A DNA stretch of 64,000 bases from positions 1,171-65,170 of the forward strand of contig JAILMH010000073.1 of the NCBI GenBank assembly GCA_024692715.1. Direction: 5' to 3'. Numbering within the stretch: position 1 is the first letter of the stretch; each line of letters begins with the position of its first letter. Positions 38,808 through 50,173 of the stretch are shown one piece after another. The notes below the pieces were generated by a model, which was given only the letters and a program-made list of their open reading frames with translations, was not told where the DNA came from and did not search any database. The DNA comes from Lachnospiraceae bacterium (GTDB lineage Bacteria; Bacillota; Clostridia; Lachnospirales; Lachnospiraceae). Both the position numbers and the translations under genes were made by a program.

Positions 38808-41336
38808 TTAATGTGCTTCATCCCAGTTATTTCCGCCATTCACTTCGATCTCAAGCGGAACTGCAAGCTCAGCTGCACCCATCATCTCTTCATTTAAGAT
38901 CTTCTTAACTGCCTCTTCCTCACCCGGAGCAGTCTCGATGAGAAGTTCATCGTGGATCTGAAGAATGAGCTTTGACTTTAAGCCATCATTTTCAAGCCTC
39001 TTAAAGACATTGATCATCGCAATTTTTATTACATCTGCAGCGGTGCCCTGAATAGGTGCATTCATGGCTACTCTCTCTCCAAATGAACGCTGCATAAAGT
39101 TTGAAGACTTAAGCTCAGGCATAGGTCTGCGTCTTGAAAAATATGTTTCAGCATAGCCTTTTTCCTTTGCTCTTTCAACAAGGTCATCAAGAAACTGCTT
39201 GACTCCCGGATAAGTTTCAAAATATTTTTCTATATATTCATTTGCCTCAGACTTCGAAACTGAAAGTCCCTGACTGAGTCCAAAAGCACTTATTCCATAA
39301 ACTATACCGAAATTTACCGCCTTGGCCTTACGTCTTAATTCAGAGGTAACTTCAGCAAATGGAACATGGAATACTTCTGATGCTGTAATGGCATGAATGT
39401 CTTTTCCGCCTTTATAGGCATCGATAAGCTTTTGATCCCCTGAAAGAGAAGCAAGTATCCTAAGCTCTATCTGTGAATAATCCGCATCTGTAAAGCTCCA
39501 ACCTTTCTTTGGTACAAAAGCCTTTCTGAGCGTTCTTCCAAGCTCTGTCCTTACCGGAATGTTCTGAAGGTTCGGATCTGCAGAGCTTATTCGTCCTGTA
39601 GCTGTTATCGTCTGATTAAAGGTCGAATGAATCCTTCCCGTCTCATCGATATACGGCTCAAGTCCGTCAGCATATGTAGCTTTAAGCTTGCTTAAAGTCC
39701 TGTATTCAAGGACATCCTGCACAAAAGGTACTTCAGGTGCAAGCTTTTCAAGTACACCTGCAGCTGTAGAATATCCTGTTTTAGTCTTCTTTCCGCCCTT
39801 TAAGCCCATTTTTTCAAAAAGAATGACACCAAGCTGCTTTGGCGAATTAATGTTAAACTCTTCACCTGCGGCTTCATGAATACTCTTTTCAAGCTTATCT
39901 ATCTTCTCTTTAAGCTGCGCACTGAAATCCTGAAGCATATCCTTACGGATCGCAATGCCTTCAGCTTCCATATTGGAAAGCACATAACAAAGAGGCATTT
40001 CGACCTTTTCAAGAAGATCTTTCATTCCTTCACTTTCGATACGTTCAAAATATTTAGGTCCATTCTCATAGGCTTCTGCCGCAGCTTCCTGCGCTTTCTC
40101 AGGAATCGCATAGTCATTTCTGAGCGGATCGAGAAGATAAAACTCAAGCTCATAGTCAATAAGCCTAAGACTATTCGGAAGCTTTACGGCCTTCAAAAGA
40201 TCTTTAAGATGCGCTGTATATAATGTTCCGCTGCAATTTTCAACAAGTTTTATTAAATGATCGGCAAGATAAGCCGATGTCATAAAACCGCCATTCGGAA
40301 TATACCATGCTTCACTGCTCACAAAGGCAATTCCGGCTATCTCATTAGCTTCGATATCCGCAGCAAACCCAACTGTTTCAGCGTCTGCAAGTTTTTCAAA
40401 AATCTCTTCTGCCTCTGAAAGCTCAGTTACCTCTTTGAATTCAAGCTTCTCTTCTTCCACAAGCTCAGCTCCGCCAAGTCGGTCTACAAGCTTCTTAAGC
40501 TCAAGCTCAGAAAGCATCTTGACAGCCTCAGGTGTTCCAAGTCCCTCATAAGACGCTTTATCAAAATCAAATTCTATATCGGATTCTGTATTGATAGTAG
40601 CCAGTGTCTGACTGAGTTCAGCCATATCAAAATGAGCTTCGAGGCTCTCCCGGATACTCTTTTTAGTGATTTCCGGAATATGCTCCTTTACTCCATTGAG
40701 GTCTCCGTATTTTACCAAAAGCTCTGTAGCCGTCTTCGGGCCAACCTTTGGGACACCCGGAATATTATCGGATGAATCGCCCATAAGAGCCTTTAGATCG
40801 ATTATTCCCTTTGGTTCTACGCTATACTCTTCTTTAACAGCTGCAGGTGTGAAACGTTCCACGTTTGTCTGCCCCTTTACTGTTCTTGGAAGCAGAAGCG
40901 TGATCTTCTCTGTAACAAGCTGAAGCAGATCACGGTCTCCCGAAACGATCGTTGCATCCATACCTTTCTTTTCAGCTCTGAATGCTATCGTTCCCAATAT
41001 ATCGTCCGCTTCAAGCCCCGGTTTTGAAACGACCGGTATTCCCATTGCCATGAGAATATCTTTTACCAGAGGGATCTGCTGATGAAGTTCCTCCGGCATA
41101 GGCTTTCTTGTACCCTTGTATTCGGCATATATCTTGTGCCTGAACGTAGGGGCATGCTCATCAAAGGCTACTGCAAAAAACTGCGGAGCTTCACTTTCAA
41201 GTATTTTAAGAATTATATTAAAAAAGCCGTAGATCGCTCCGGTATGCACACCTGCTGAATTAGTAAGATCAGGGACTCCATAAAAAGCTCTGTTCATCAT
41301 GGAATGTCCATCAATTAAAAGTATTTTTTCACTCAT
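38808..41336 (-). CDS. polA: DNA polymerase I
   Basis: LLIDGHSMMNRAFY 5'-3' exonuclease, EADDILGT, GDSSDNIPGVP, NSPKQL, DYSQIELR, KAVNFGIVYG, LQIHDEL. Confidence 0.98.
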   Translation of the reverse strand: MSEKILLIDGHSMMNRAFYGVPDLTNSAGVHTGAIYGFFNIILKILESEAPQFFAVAFDEHAPTFRHKIYAEYKGTRKPMPEELHQQIPLVKDILMAMGIPVVSKPGLEADDILGTIAFRAEKKGMDATIVSGDRDLLQLVTEKITLLLPRTVKGQTNVERFTPAAVKEEYSVEPKGIIDLKALMGDSSDNIPGVPKVGPKTATELLVKYGDLNGVKEHIPEITKKSIRESLEAHFDMAELSQTLATINTESDIEFDFDKASYEGLGTPEAVKMLSELELKKLVDRLGGAELVEEEKLEFKEVTELSEAEEIFEKLADAETVGFAADIEANEIAGIAFVSSEAWYIPNGGFMTSAYLADHLIKLVENCSGTLYTAHLKDLLKAVKLPNSLRLIDYELEFYLLDPLRNDYAIPEKAQEAAAEAYENGPKYFERIESEGMKDLLEKVEMPLCYVLSNMEAEGIAIRKDMLQDFSAQLKEKIDKLEKSIHEAAGEEFNINSPKQLGVILFEKMGLKGGKKTKTGYSTAAGVLEKLAPEVPFVQDVLEYRTLSKLKATYADGLEPYIDETGRIHSTFNQTITATGRISSADPNLQNIPVRTELGRTLRKAFVPKKGWSFTDADYSQIELRILASLSGDQKLIDAYKGGKDIHAITASEVFHVPFAEVTSELRRKAKAVNFGIVYGISAFGLSQGLSVSKSEANEYIEKYFETYPGVKQFLDDLVERAKEKGYAETYFSRRRPMPELKSSNFMQRSFGERVAMNAPIQGTAADVIKIAMINVFKRLENDGLKSKLILQIHDELLIETAPGEEEAVKKILNEEMMGAAELAVPLEIEVNGGNNWDEAH

Positions 41337-41357
41337 ATATAGTGCTGAATTTCCTTT

Positions 41358-41711
41358 TTATTCAAAATGATTAATAATTATATTCACTGCTGTAAGCAAG
41401 ATAGCAAGAGCTTCACCAAGAAAGATAACGTTTTGCATCCTGTCTGCCAGTAATATACGCTGTTTTACCCGGTAAAGCCTTTCTTCAAGCTCTTTTTTCA
41501 GATCAAGAGCCTCACCATCCTCTATACGCTTTATACCCTCTTTGAGAAGATATCTTATCTCAAGCTCATCATAGCAGTCATGGCAATGCTGAATGTGCCC
41601 ATACAGCAGCTTCATGTCGTCAATATTCAATTTATTATCCAAGAAGGGCTGTATAAGATTTTCAACATCCTTACACTTTACGTCCGAATCATCAATTTTT
41701 TTTTCTCTCAT
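41358..41711 (-). CDS. Zinc-finger (zf-HC2/ZAS) anti-sigma-factor-like membrane protein
   Basis: C..V..LIQPFLDN.L...HIQHCHDC (Hx3Cx2C); C-terminal hydrophobic helix. Confidence 0.8.
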   Translation of the reverse strand: MREKKIDDSDVKCKDVENLIQPFLDNKLNIDDMKLLYGHIQHCHDCYDELEIRYLLKEGIKRIEDGEALDLKKELEERLYRVKQRILLADRMQNVIFLGEALAILLTAVNIIINHFE

Positions 41712-41723
41712 ATGTGATTGCGA

Positions 41724-42236
41724 TCAGCTATTCCTTTTCTTTTGCCAGGCCGCTGCTGCTGCAACAACGATCTGCTCAACATTTTTTTCATTTTCATCAA
41801 TAACTATATCAGCATATTTCTCATAGAGCTTAACTCTTTCATCGTACAGGTCTCTGAATGTCTGCCCTTTTCTTACGACAACACCACGCTGCTTGATATC
41901 CCCAAGACGTTTGGTAAGTGTATCATAGTCAACTTTAAGATAGATAACATATCCGATAGATTTGAAATGCTCCATCTCTTCACGTCCGTAGACAGCGCTT
42001 CCGCCTGTGGCGATAACGGTGTTTTCGGCATTAATACCGGAATTGATCCTATTTTCAGTCTCAATAAATCCGTCAACGCCTTTCTCATCTATAATTTCCT
42101 CAAGGCGTTTGCCTTCAGCTTTCTGGATCACAAGATCCGCATCGATAAAATCCATTCCAAGGACCTTGGCCATAATGACTCCGGCAGTACTTTTGCCGGA
42201 TGCCGGCATTCCGATCAATACAATATTTGTTTTCAT
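41724..42236 (-). CDS. aroK: Shikimate kinase
   Basis: IVLIGMPASGKST, FIDAD, VIATGGS, VIYL, R..LYEKYAD. Confidence 0.9.
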   Translation of the reverse strand: MKTNIVLIGMPASGKSTAGVIMAKVLGMDFIDADLVIQKAEGKRLEEIIDEKGVDGFIETENRINSGINAENTVIATGGSAVYGREEMEHFKSIGYVIYLKVDYDTLTKRLGDIKQRGVVVRKGQTFRDLYDERVKLYEKYADIVIDENEKNVEQIVVAAAAAWQKKRNS

Positions 42237-42279
42237 TTATAATTTTCCTCACACGCTATTATCGTACCACAAAAATACA

Positions 42280-44655
42280 TTATTTTGTATCAAAATCGCC
42301 AGTTCCGACACTGCTCCAGAACTTTTCTGTCTCTTTCTTCACTTCACCTCTGCGTACTACCTGCATATTTTCCCATTCCCTTGGGAAAAGTCCGCTGTAA
42401 CTGTTCTCTAGAAACCTTTCATCGAGAAGCACGACCACACCTGTATCCTCCTCTGTCCGGATAACTCTGCCAGCAGCCTGTAAAACTTTATTCATTCCGG
42501 GGTAGCGATATGCGTAATCAAAACCGTTTTCACCATTTTCTTCAAAATAGTTTTTTAATATCTCTCTTTCCCTGCACACCATCGGAAAGCCTGTACCTAC
42601 TATAACCGCACCTATGAGACTGTCATTTTTCAGATCGATACCCTCAGAGAATACTCCTCCAAGCACGCAGAATCCTAAAAGAGTACCTTCATCTCCATTT
42701 TTTCCTGTAAATCTTTCAAGAAAATCTTTCCTGGACTCTTCCGACATGTTATTGTCCTGCACAATACATTCGATTCCCTTTTGATCAAAGCCCATAAATG
42801 CTTCTAACACATTGTCCATAAAGGAATAGCTGGGGAAAAAGGCCATATACTTGCCTTTTTTCACTGATATGATGTCACGGATATATCCGGCTATCGCCTG
42901 GTATTCACCACGGTTCCTTCTCGTATATTTAGAGCTCACATCAGAAGCGATAAATACGCCTTTCTTTGACGGATCAAAAGTCGAAGCCGCATAAACCGTA
43001 TAGTCAGTCCTGTCGCCGGATATCAGATCCATATAATATCTCACCGGAAGCAGCGTTGCCGAAAAGAATACTGCGCTTCGCCCGAGGTCAAGCCGACGAC
43101 GCAGATTTGTGGAAGGGTTTACACAGAAAAGCTTTAATCTATACCTTCCATCTGCGACTATTTCCGTATAATTAACATAGTTTTCATCAAAAATCTCGGC
43201 AACACCAAGAAAAGACCTCACATTATAATAAAACTCCATAAGCTCATCCTCTACTGCTTCGTGCCTTCGATTTCTTTCTTCAAGCATATCCGAATATGAA
43301 GACGCTGCTCTCCTAAGGGATTCAAGGAATTTATCCATATTAGTCCCTACTTCAAAATCACCGCCTGACTTCTTCATTTCAAGAAGTTTTTCATTGCACT
43401 TTCCCAAAGCTCTCGCAGTCCTCGGCTCTTTATCCTGCAGCATCCTTTTAATCCTTAAAAAGTCCTCTTTATAAAGTTCAGCACTATAAGTCTCTCTGGC
43501 CCTCTCAACCAGATTATGTGCCTCATCCACAAGAAAAAGATAATCATGTCTCTGCATATCCCCGAAAAAACGTTTCAGACTCACATCCGGGTCAAAGCAA
43601 TAATTATAATCACAGATCACTGCATCAGAAAAGCTCGATATATCAAGCGTCAGTTCAAAAGGACAAACCTTATGTTCTTTGGCAAAAGTCATTACTTCTT
43701 CTCTGGTAAAAGAATTTCTGCTATGTAATATCTCAAATAATGCATCATTTATGCGATCAAAATGTCCTTTTGCATACGGACACTCCTCCGGAGTACATTT
43801 TACTTCATCTAAAAGGCAGGTCTTTTCCCGCGCAGCTATCGATACTGTCTTCAACTCAAGTCCGCCTTCACTGAGCAGCGTAAAGGTATCTGACGCTACC
43901 GTACCTGTTATGTTCTTAGCTGTAAGATAAAATATTTTTTCTGCAATACCCTCTCCCATCGCTTTGATAGATGGAAACAGGACAGAGAGCGTCTTTCCCA
44001 CACCTGTAGGTGCCTCAAGAAAAAGTCTTCTTTTATGGTAGATCGTCCTGTAGACCGCAGCAGCAAGATCCTTCTGACCCCGCCTGTAGGTATACGGGAA
44101 TTCAAGCTGCTTTATAGAAGCATTTCTCTTTTCCTCCCACTCTACTGTAAATCTTGCCCATCTTGCATATTCATCCATCAGATTGCCAAACCATTCATTC
44201 AGCTCCGACGAAGCAAAGGTATATTCAAAATATTTAAGCTCCTCTGTATCAAGATTACAGTAAGTCATCCTGACTCCGATATTCTCAAGATCATTTTGAA
44301 GTGCATAGATCGCCGCATATACCTTTGCCTGAGCCAGATGAACGTGAATCGGTTCATCCAGATATTTCAGATTCAGATAAATTCCCTTTATCTCATCAAT
44401 AATAACTCCAGTGCTGTTGTCTATTATTCCGTCAGCTCTTCCCTGAATGACAATTTCAAAGCTGTCGTAGCTCACACGATGGGACAGCGGTACCTCAGCT
44501 CTGTAATCAGAGCCCATTTTACGCTGTATCATCCGATGGATACGTCCGCCTTCAAGCATGGCATTTTCCGGAGCCGCACGTTTTTTTCTATTAATATCAC
44601 CGCTTCGAAGGATAAATTCAACCAAAGAGCGGACAGAAATTTCTATCGTCTTCAT
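42280..44655 (-). CDS. DinG/XPD-family Fe-S helicase with an N-terminal PD-(D/E)XK nuclease domain
   Basis: GRADGII...IDEIKG...H.AQ...YA nuclease; EAPTGVGKT; C-x6-C-x4-C...CPFE; LVDEAHNL; FSATL; SEGID; VLQAAGRVIR. Confidence 0.9.
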   Translation of the reverse strand: MKTIEISVRSLVEFILRSGDINRKKRAAPENAMLEGGRIHRMIQRKMGSDYRAEVPLSHRVSYDSFEIVIQGRADGIIDNSTGVIIDEIKGIYLNLKYLDEPIHVHLAQAKVYAAIYALQNDLENIGVRMTYCNLDTEELKYFEYTFASSELNEWFGNLMDEYARWARFTVEWEEKRNASIKQLEFPYTYRRGQKDLAAAVYRTIYHKRRLFLEAPTGVGKTLSVLFPSIKAMGEGIAEKIFYLTAKNITGTVASDTFTLLSEGGLELKTVSIAAREKTCLLDEVKCTPEECPYAKGHFDRINDALFEILHSRNSFTREEVMTFAKEHKVCPFELTLDISSFSDAVICDYNYCFDPDVSLKRFFGDMQRHDYLFLVDEAHNLVERARETYSAELYKEDFLRIKRMLQDKEPRTARALGKCNEKLLEMKKSGGDFEVGTNMDKFLESLRRAASSYSDMLEERNRRHEAVEDELMEFYYNVRSFLGVAEIFDENYVNYTEIVADGRYRLKLFCVNPSTNLRRRLDLGRSAVFFSATLLPVRYYMDLISGDRTDYTVYAASTFDPSKKGVFIASDVSSKYTRRNRGEYQAIAGYIRDIISVKKGKYMAFFPSYSFMDNVLEAFMGFDQKGIECIVQDNNMSEESRKDFLERFTGKNGDEGTLLGFCVLGGVFSEGIDLKNDSLIGAVIVGTGFPMVCREREILKNYFEENGENGFDYAYRYPGMNKVLQAAGRVIRTEEDTGVVVLLDERFLENSYSGLFPREWENMQVVRRGEVKKETEKFWSSVGTGDFDTK

Positions 44656-44669
44656 CCTTTACCTTTAAA

Positions 44670-44719
44670 ATGAAATACTCCCGGTAACGAACAGGGGGAA
44701 ACTGTTCTTACCGGGAGTA
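44670..44719 (-). terminator. Long hairpin terminator after the HPr-like gene
   Basis: TACTCCCGGTAA and GAACAG arms pair with CTGTTC and TTACCGGGAGTA (18 bp, one bulge); - strand tail TTTCATTTT. Confidence 0.8.
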
Positions 44720-44751
44720 ATTCTATAGTTTGCATTGGGGAATGCTGACTA

Positions 44752-44976
44752 TTAAGCAACTGCAAAGCGATCGATCATCGCTTCGAACTTGTCGTCATAG
44801 CCCTGATACTGTACTGTAAGTGTCTTTGTAAAATCAAGACCAAGTACACCGAGCATTGACTTCGCATCAATGATAACTCTGTTATAGAAAACGTCTATAT
44901 CAAAGTTACACTTAGAACTTGTGGTAACAAATTCCTTTACCTGCTGCGGATTCAGTTTAATGTGACGTTTACGCAT
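44752..44976 (-). CDS. HPr-family paralogue lacking His15
   Basis: EFV..SSK..FDID.....IIDAKSMLGV.GLD (Ser46 motif); no GLHARP; AAGAGGTG RBS before ATG 44976. Confidence 0.85.
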   Translation of the reverse strand: MRKRHIKLNPQQVKEFVTTSSKCNFDIDVFYNRVIIDAKSMLGVLGLDFTKTLTVQYQGYDDKFEAMIDRFAVA

Positions 44977-45115
44977 TAAAAACACCTCTTTCGAAAACTT
45001 TCACCAAAGCCACCTTCAAAAGGCTTTGACTATACCCTCATAATTCTCATCTAAAACTCTGTGGGCAAAGTGTATACAGTACTTTTTTCCGTACAATTTG
45101 TTTGCCATAAAGGAT

Positions 45116-45143
45116 ATTATACTCGGCTGAATTTTCAAGTCAA
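45116..45143 (-). promoter_or_regulatory. Putative promoter of the HPr-like gene
   Basis: TTGACT-16 nt-TATAAT about 135 nt upstream of the ATG. Confidence 0.65.
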
Positions 45144-45368
45144 TATAGTTTTTTTTAATTCAAAGTTAGTTTTTTTACGATTTAACATCACATTTTGAGA
45201 TTGTATTTTAAAAAATAAATCATTTTTGTTGAAATCAAACAAAACAGTTTTTCAAAAATCAGATTTTTTCTACCAATGCAACATCAATTTAACGAGTTCC
45301 AATTCTAATTTCCCCGATAATTCGTCAAATTATAATTAATAAACAATTTCTTAAAAATTGCTAAAAAA

Positions 45369-46376
45369 TTAAAGAAGGTTGATCCCAAGCTCTTCTGCAG
45401 CCTTTACATCTTCCTTTGTCCAGACCGAAGACTGAACCTCTCCGATGTGTGCCTTGCGAAGGAAATACATGCAGATACGTGACTGACCGATACCACCACC
45501 TACGGTGTATGGAAGCTCGTCATTGAGTACCATTTTCTGGAACTCAAGCTCTGCTCTCTCCTCACAGCCCGCCTTCTTAAGCTGGCTCTTAAGCGCCTCT
45601 GCGTCTACTCGAATTCCCATTGAAGAGATCTCAAATGCGCAGTCAAGAACAGGATAATAAACGATGATATCGCCATTAAGGCTCCAATCATCATAGTCTG
45701 GTGCTCTGCCATCGTGCGGTTTGCCTGAAGCAAGCTTGTCACCGATCTGAGTAAGGAATACAGCTCCGTTTTCCTTTACAAAGCGATACTCTCTTTCCTT
45801 GGGATCAAGGTCCGGATACATGTCCTCAAGCTCCTGAGTACTAACAAATCTAATGTTATTTGGAAGGATTGTCTCAAGGAAATTATACTTTGAAGCAAGA
45901 TAAGCCTCAGTTACCTTAAGAGCTGTATAAACGTGGTTGACCATATCGATAAGGGTATTGTAATTACGCTCTCTCTTCTCTATGATCCTCTCCCAATCCC
46001 ACTGGTCTACATAGATTGAATGAAGATTATCTGTGTCCTCATCTCTTCGGATAGCACACATATCTGTATAAAGACCGGTTCCTGACTTGAAACCATATCT
46101 CTTTAATGCGTAGCGCTTCCACTTTGCAAGTGAGTGTACGATCTCAACATTAATACCGTCTTCCTTAAGATCAAAAGCAACTGGTCTCTCTACGCCATTA
46201 AGGTTATCATTAAGACCTGTCTCAGGCTTTACAAAAAGCGGTGCTGAAACTCGTGTAAGATTAAGCTCGTTTGCTAATGCACGTTCAAAATAATCTTTTG
46301 CTTCTTTGATGGCGATCTCTGTCTGGATTACATCCATTTTACTTTTGTACTCGCCGGGCATCTTCATCAGACTCAT
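45369..46376 (-). CDS. asnA: Aspartate-ammonia ligase
   Basis: RVSAPLFV, NDNLNGVERPV, EIVHSLAKWKR, HSIYVDQWDWE, HDGRAPDYDDW, GGGIGQSR. Confidence 0.97.
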   Translation of the reverse strand: MSLMKMPGEYKSKMDVIQTEIAIKEAKDYFERALANELNLTRVSAPLFVKPETGLNDNLNGVERPVAFDLKEDGINVEIVHSLAKWKRYALKRYGFKSGTGLYTDMCAIRRDEDTDNLHSIYVDQWDWERIIEKRERNYNTLIDMVNHVYTALKVTEAYLASKYNFLETILPNNIRFVSTQELEDMYPDLDPKEREYRFVKENGAVFLTQIGDKLASGKPHDGRAPDYDDWSLNGDIIVYYPVLDCAFEISSMGIRVDAEALKSQLKKAGCEERAELEFQKMVLNDELPYTVGGGIGQSRICMYFLRKAHIGEVQSSVWTKEDVKAAEELGINLL

Positions 46377-46390
46377 TTTTTATTCTCCTA

Positions 46391-47260
46391 TTAATAGGTA
46401 ATTATTTCATAACCGTCTTCGGTTACTACAAGCTGTATTTCCCACTGGGCAGATGGTGACCCGTCCTCAGTGTAGATAGTCCATCCATTGTCTTCATCTT
46501 CGTAGATGTCTGGATTACCTAAATTTACCATTGGCTCAATTGTAAAGCACATTCCAGGGACCATGAGCATTTCAGTATTTGGCTTTGAAACAAAGCTTAC
46601 CCAAGGTTCTTCATGGAATTCCTTACCACATCCATGTCCGCCAATTTCTCTAACTACTGAATAACCCTGTGACATGCAGAACTGATTGATAGCATTTCCC
46701 ATATCACCAAGGAACTTCCATGGCTTAACCTCTTTAAGACCGATCTCTATAGACTTTTTAACATCTTCTACAAGCTTTTTCTTCTCCGGTGTTGTCTCAC
46801 CAATGATGAACATTCTTGATGAATCAGAAAAATATCCGTTTAAGATAGTAGAACAGTCAACATTTACAATATCCCCTTCCTTAAGGATATCATCTGCACT
46901 CGGGATACCGTGGCAGACCTGATCATTGATCGATGTACAGCAATTCTTCGGAAATCCCTCGTAGTTAAGGCATGCAGAAACTCCGCCCATATCAGCCGTT
47001 ATCTTTGCTACCCAGTTATCGATATCAAGTGTTGAAACACCTGCCTTGATGTGCTCTGCAACATAGTCAAGACAAGCGATATTGATCTTTGCACTTTCCT
47101 TAATTCCCTGAATATCTTCAGGACTCTTTAAAATACTATGATCCGGAACAATATGTCCTGCATCTCTGAATGCTTCTATCTTCTGATCGAAGTTAATGTG
47201 GCAGTTCTTATATTTCTTGCCGCTGCCGCACCAGCAAGCATCATTACGTCCTAATCGCAT
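46391..47260 (-). CDS. map: Methionine aminopeptidase with an N-terminal SEC-C zinc motif
   Basis: GRNDACWCGSGKKYKNCH; CTSIND.VCHGIP, NVD, GYFSDSSR, GGHGCG, FTIEPM, SAQWE. Confidence 0.93.
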   Translation of the reverse strand: MRLGRNDACWCGSGKKYKNCHINFDQKIEAFRDAGHIVPDHSILKSPEDIQGIKESAKINIACLDYVAEHIKAGVSTLDIDNWVAKITADMGGVSACLNYEGFPKNCCTSINDQVCHGIPSADDILKEGDIVNVDCSTILNGYFSDSSRMFIIGETTPEKKKLVEDVKKSIEIGLKEVKPWKFLGDMGNAINQFCMSQGYSVVREIGGHGCGKEFHEEPWVSFVSKPNTEMLMVPGMCFTIEPMVNLGNPDIYEDEDNGWTIYTEDGSPSAQWEIQLVVTEDGYEIITY

Positions 47261-47359
47261 TTTTTGTATCTCCTTTTAATGCCAGTACTGTAACCAGATA
47301 ACACGATTTACACGTGTTTCTTGAGAACAGTTATAAATCCTGTCTTTAATAGTGCTACA

Positions 47360-47851
47360 TTATCTTTTTACAGTCAAGCTTTTTCTTTTACATTTGTTAG
47401 CAATCGCTAATAGGATAAGTATGGCAATAAGCGCTCCGGTGCTGTCAATCGCCACATCCACGAGACTGTCATATCTGCCTTCCACAAACGATTGATGATA
47501 TTCATCCGTAAAGGCATATGCGACCGAACTTAAAAAAACAATAATATAGAATTTTTTTCCTTTTATCTCCCACACATATAAGGCGAGAGCAAAGCTTAAC
47601 GCAAGTACTGCGTACTCTGTCATATGAGCAATTTTTCTTATTGGCTGATCTCTTTCCTGCGCGACCAGATCCATCTCTTCCTGGGTCCAGTCCTGATTAG
47701 TGAACACCTTGACAACCATTTCAATTTCTTTTGTAAAACTGGTGCTGATATCTGTAGACTTATCCGCAGGCTGAGCACTCATCCAAAAAATAAAACACAT
47801 TATAAAAATTGCAGGCAGTGTTCCCACTGCCCGCCTTAATTTTACTATCAT
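47360..47851 (-). CDS. VanZ family membrane protein
   Basis: FIFWMSAQ, IRKIAHMTEYAVL, YA.TDEYHQSFV.GR, DV.IDSTG. Confidence 0.88.
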   Translation of the reverse strand: MIVKLRRAVGTLPAIFIMCFIFWMSAQPADKSTDISTSFTKEIEMVVKVFTNQDWTQEEMDLVAQERDQPIRKIAHMTEYAVLALSFALALYVWEIKGKKFYIIVFLSSVAYAFTDEYHQSFVEGRYDSLVDVAIDSTGALIAILILLAIANKCKRKSLTVKR

Positions 47852-47855
47852 AATC

Positions 47856-48620
47856 TCAAAATTCCCTTTTATTAAAGTTCCTGCATCCTATGATACATGC
47901 AATAACCGTGTAAACAATTGCTGAAATAATGATCTTCGGAACATCTCTTGTCGCATAAAACTGAAGCGTCTGAAACTGTGGCGTGATAAGGATCTTTGTG
48001 ATCCATACACACGGAAGCAGTCTGATATGATCTGTTGCAAGGAATGTGATCACTCTAGGTATAAGAATCACTCCTATCGCAAAAGCAATATATGCCTGTT
48101 TCTTTGTTTTTGCAGAGAACAGGAACATATTACCCAACGCAACACCTGCTACAAAAAGAGGCATTGTGATCAGTACAGCATACGCAAAATCAAGTATTAC
48201 TGCGGCATCTATCGTTCCATCATGTACCTGAAACAACGGGGTTATCACAAGGAATACAACCAGAGCTATAACCGCATAGATGACCAACATCATAAGCTCT
48301 GTTATGAACTTTCCGATAAAGATACTTGTTCTTGAAAGCCCTATCGTAGACTTATCTCTTATTCGAGGATCTGGATACGTGTCTCCAAAAACTATATCTG
48401 CTATGAATATGCAGCTGTAATACGGTACCCAGAAAAATCCTTTGGCAAACATTATTAAGTTGTATGCAAAGGTACCGTCATTCATACCGTAAATAATACT
48501 TCTGAATGCTGACATGGCAAGATTTGCAAGCAGACATACTGCTACTATTCCAAGCAGATAATATCTTGTGTATTTTCGAGTTAACGCTTTAACGAATTCG
48601 GATCTAATGTAGTAAATCAT
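47856..48620 (-). CDS. ABC-2 type transporter permease (no adjacent ATPase)
   Basis: YYIRSEFVK, about six hydrophobic segments, GLSRTSIFIGKF loop. Confidence 0.75.
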   Translation of the reverse strand: MIYYIRSEFVKALTRKYTRYYLLGIVAVCLLANLAMSAFRSIIYGMNDGTFAYNLIMFAKGFFWVPYYSCIFIADIVFGDTYPDPRIRDKSTIGLSRTSIFIGKFITELMMLVIYAVIALVVFLVITPLFQVHDGTIDAAVILDFAYAVLITMPLFVAGVALGNMFLFSAKTKKQAYIAFAIGVILIPRVITFLATDHIRLLPCVWITKILITPQFQTLQFYATRDVPKIIISAIVYTVIACIIGCRNFNKREF

Positions 48621-48629
48621 AAACTTTAA

Positions 48630-50114
<1,485 letters not shown>

Positions 50115-50126
50115 TTAATTTTGTCT

Positions 50127-50155
50127 ATACTAGCAAAATTGATTATATGTGTCAA
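50127..50155 (-). promoter_or_regulatory. Putative guaB promoter
   Basis: TTGACA-17 nt-TAGTAT with extended TG. Confidence 0.65.
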
Positions 50156-50173
50156 CGCAAAATAATATTGTTC

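Noticed and set aside
42280-44655. Type IV CRISPR CasDinG or Cas4 locus
   Set aside because: No csf or cas genes and no array; housekeeping context between aroK and the HPr-like gene
45144-45368. Small gene or ncRNA in the AT-rich gap after asnA, including the palindrome TTTTGTT-n7-AACAAAA
   Set aside because: No ORF with an RBS and no GC stem; the palindrome is expected by chance at this AT content
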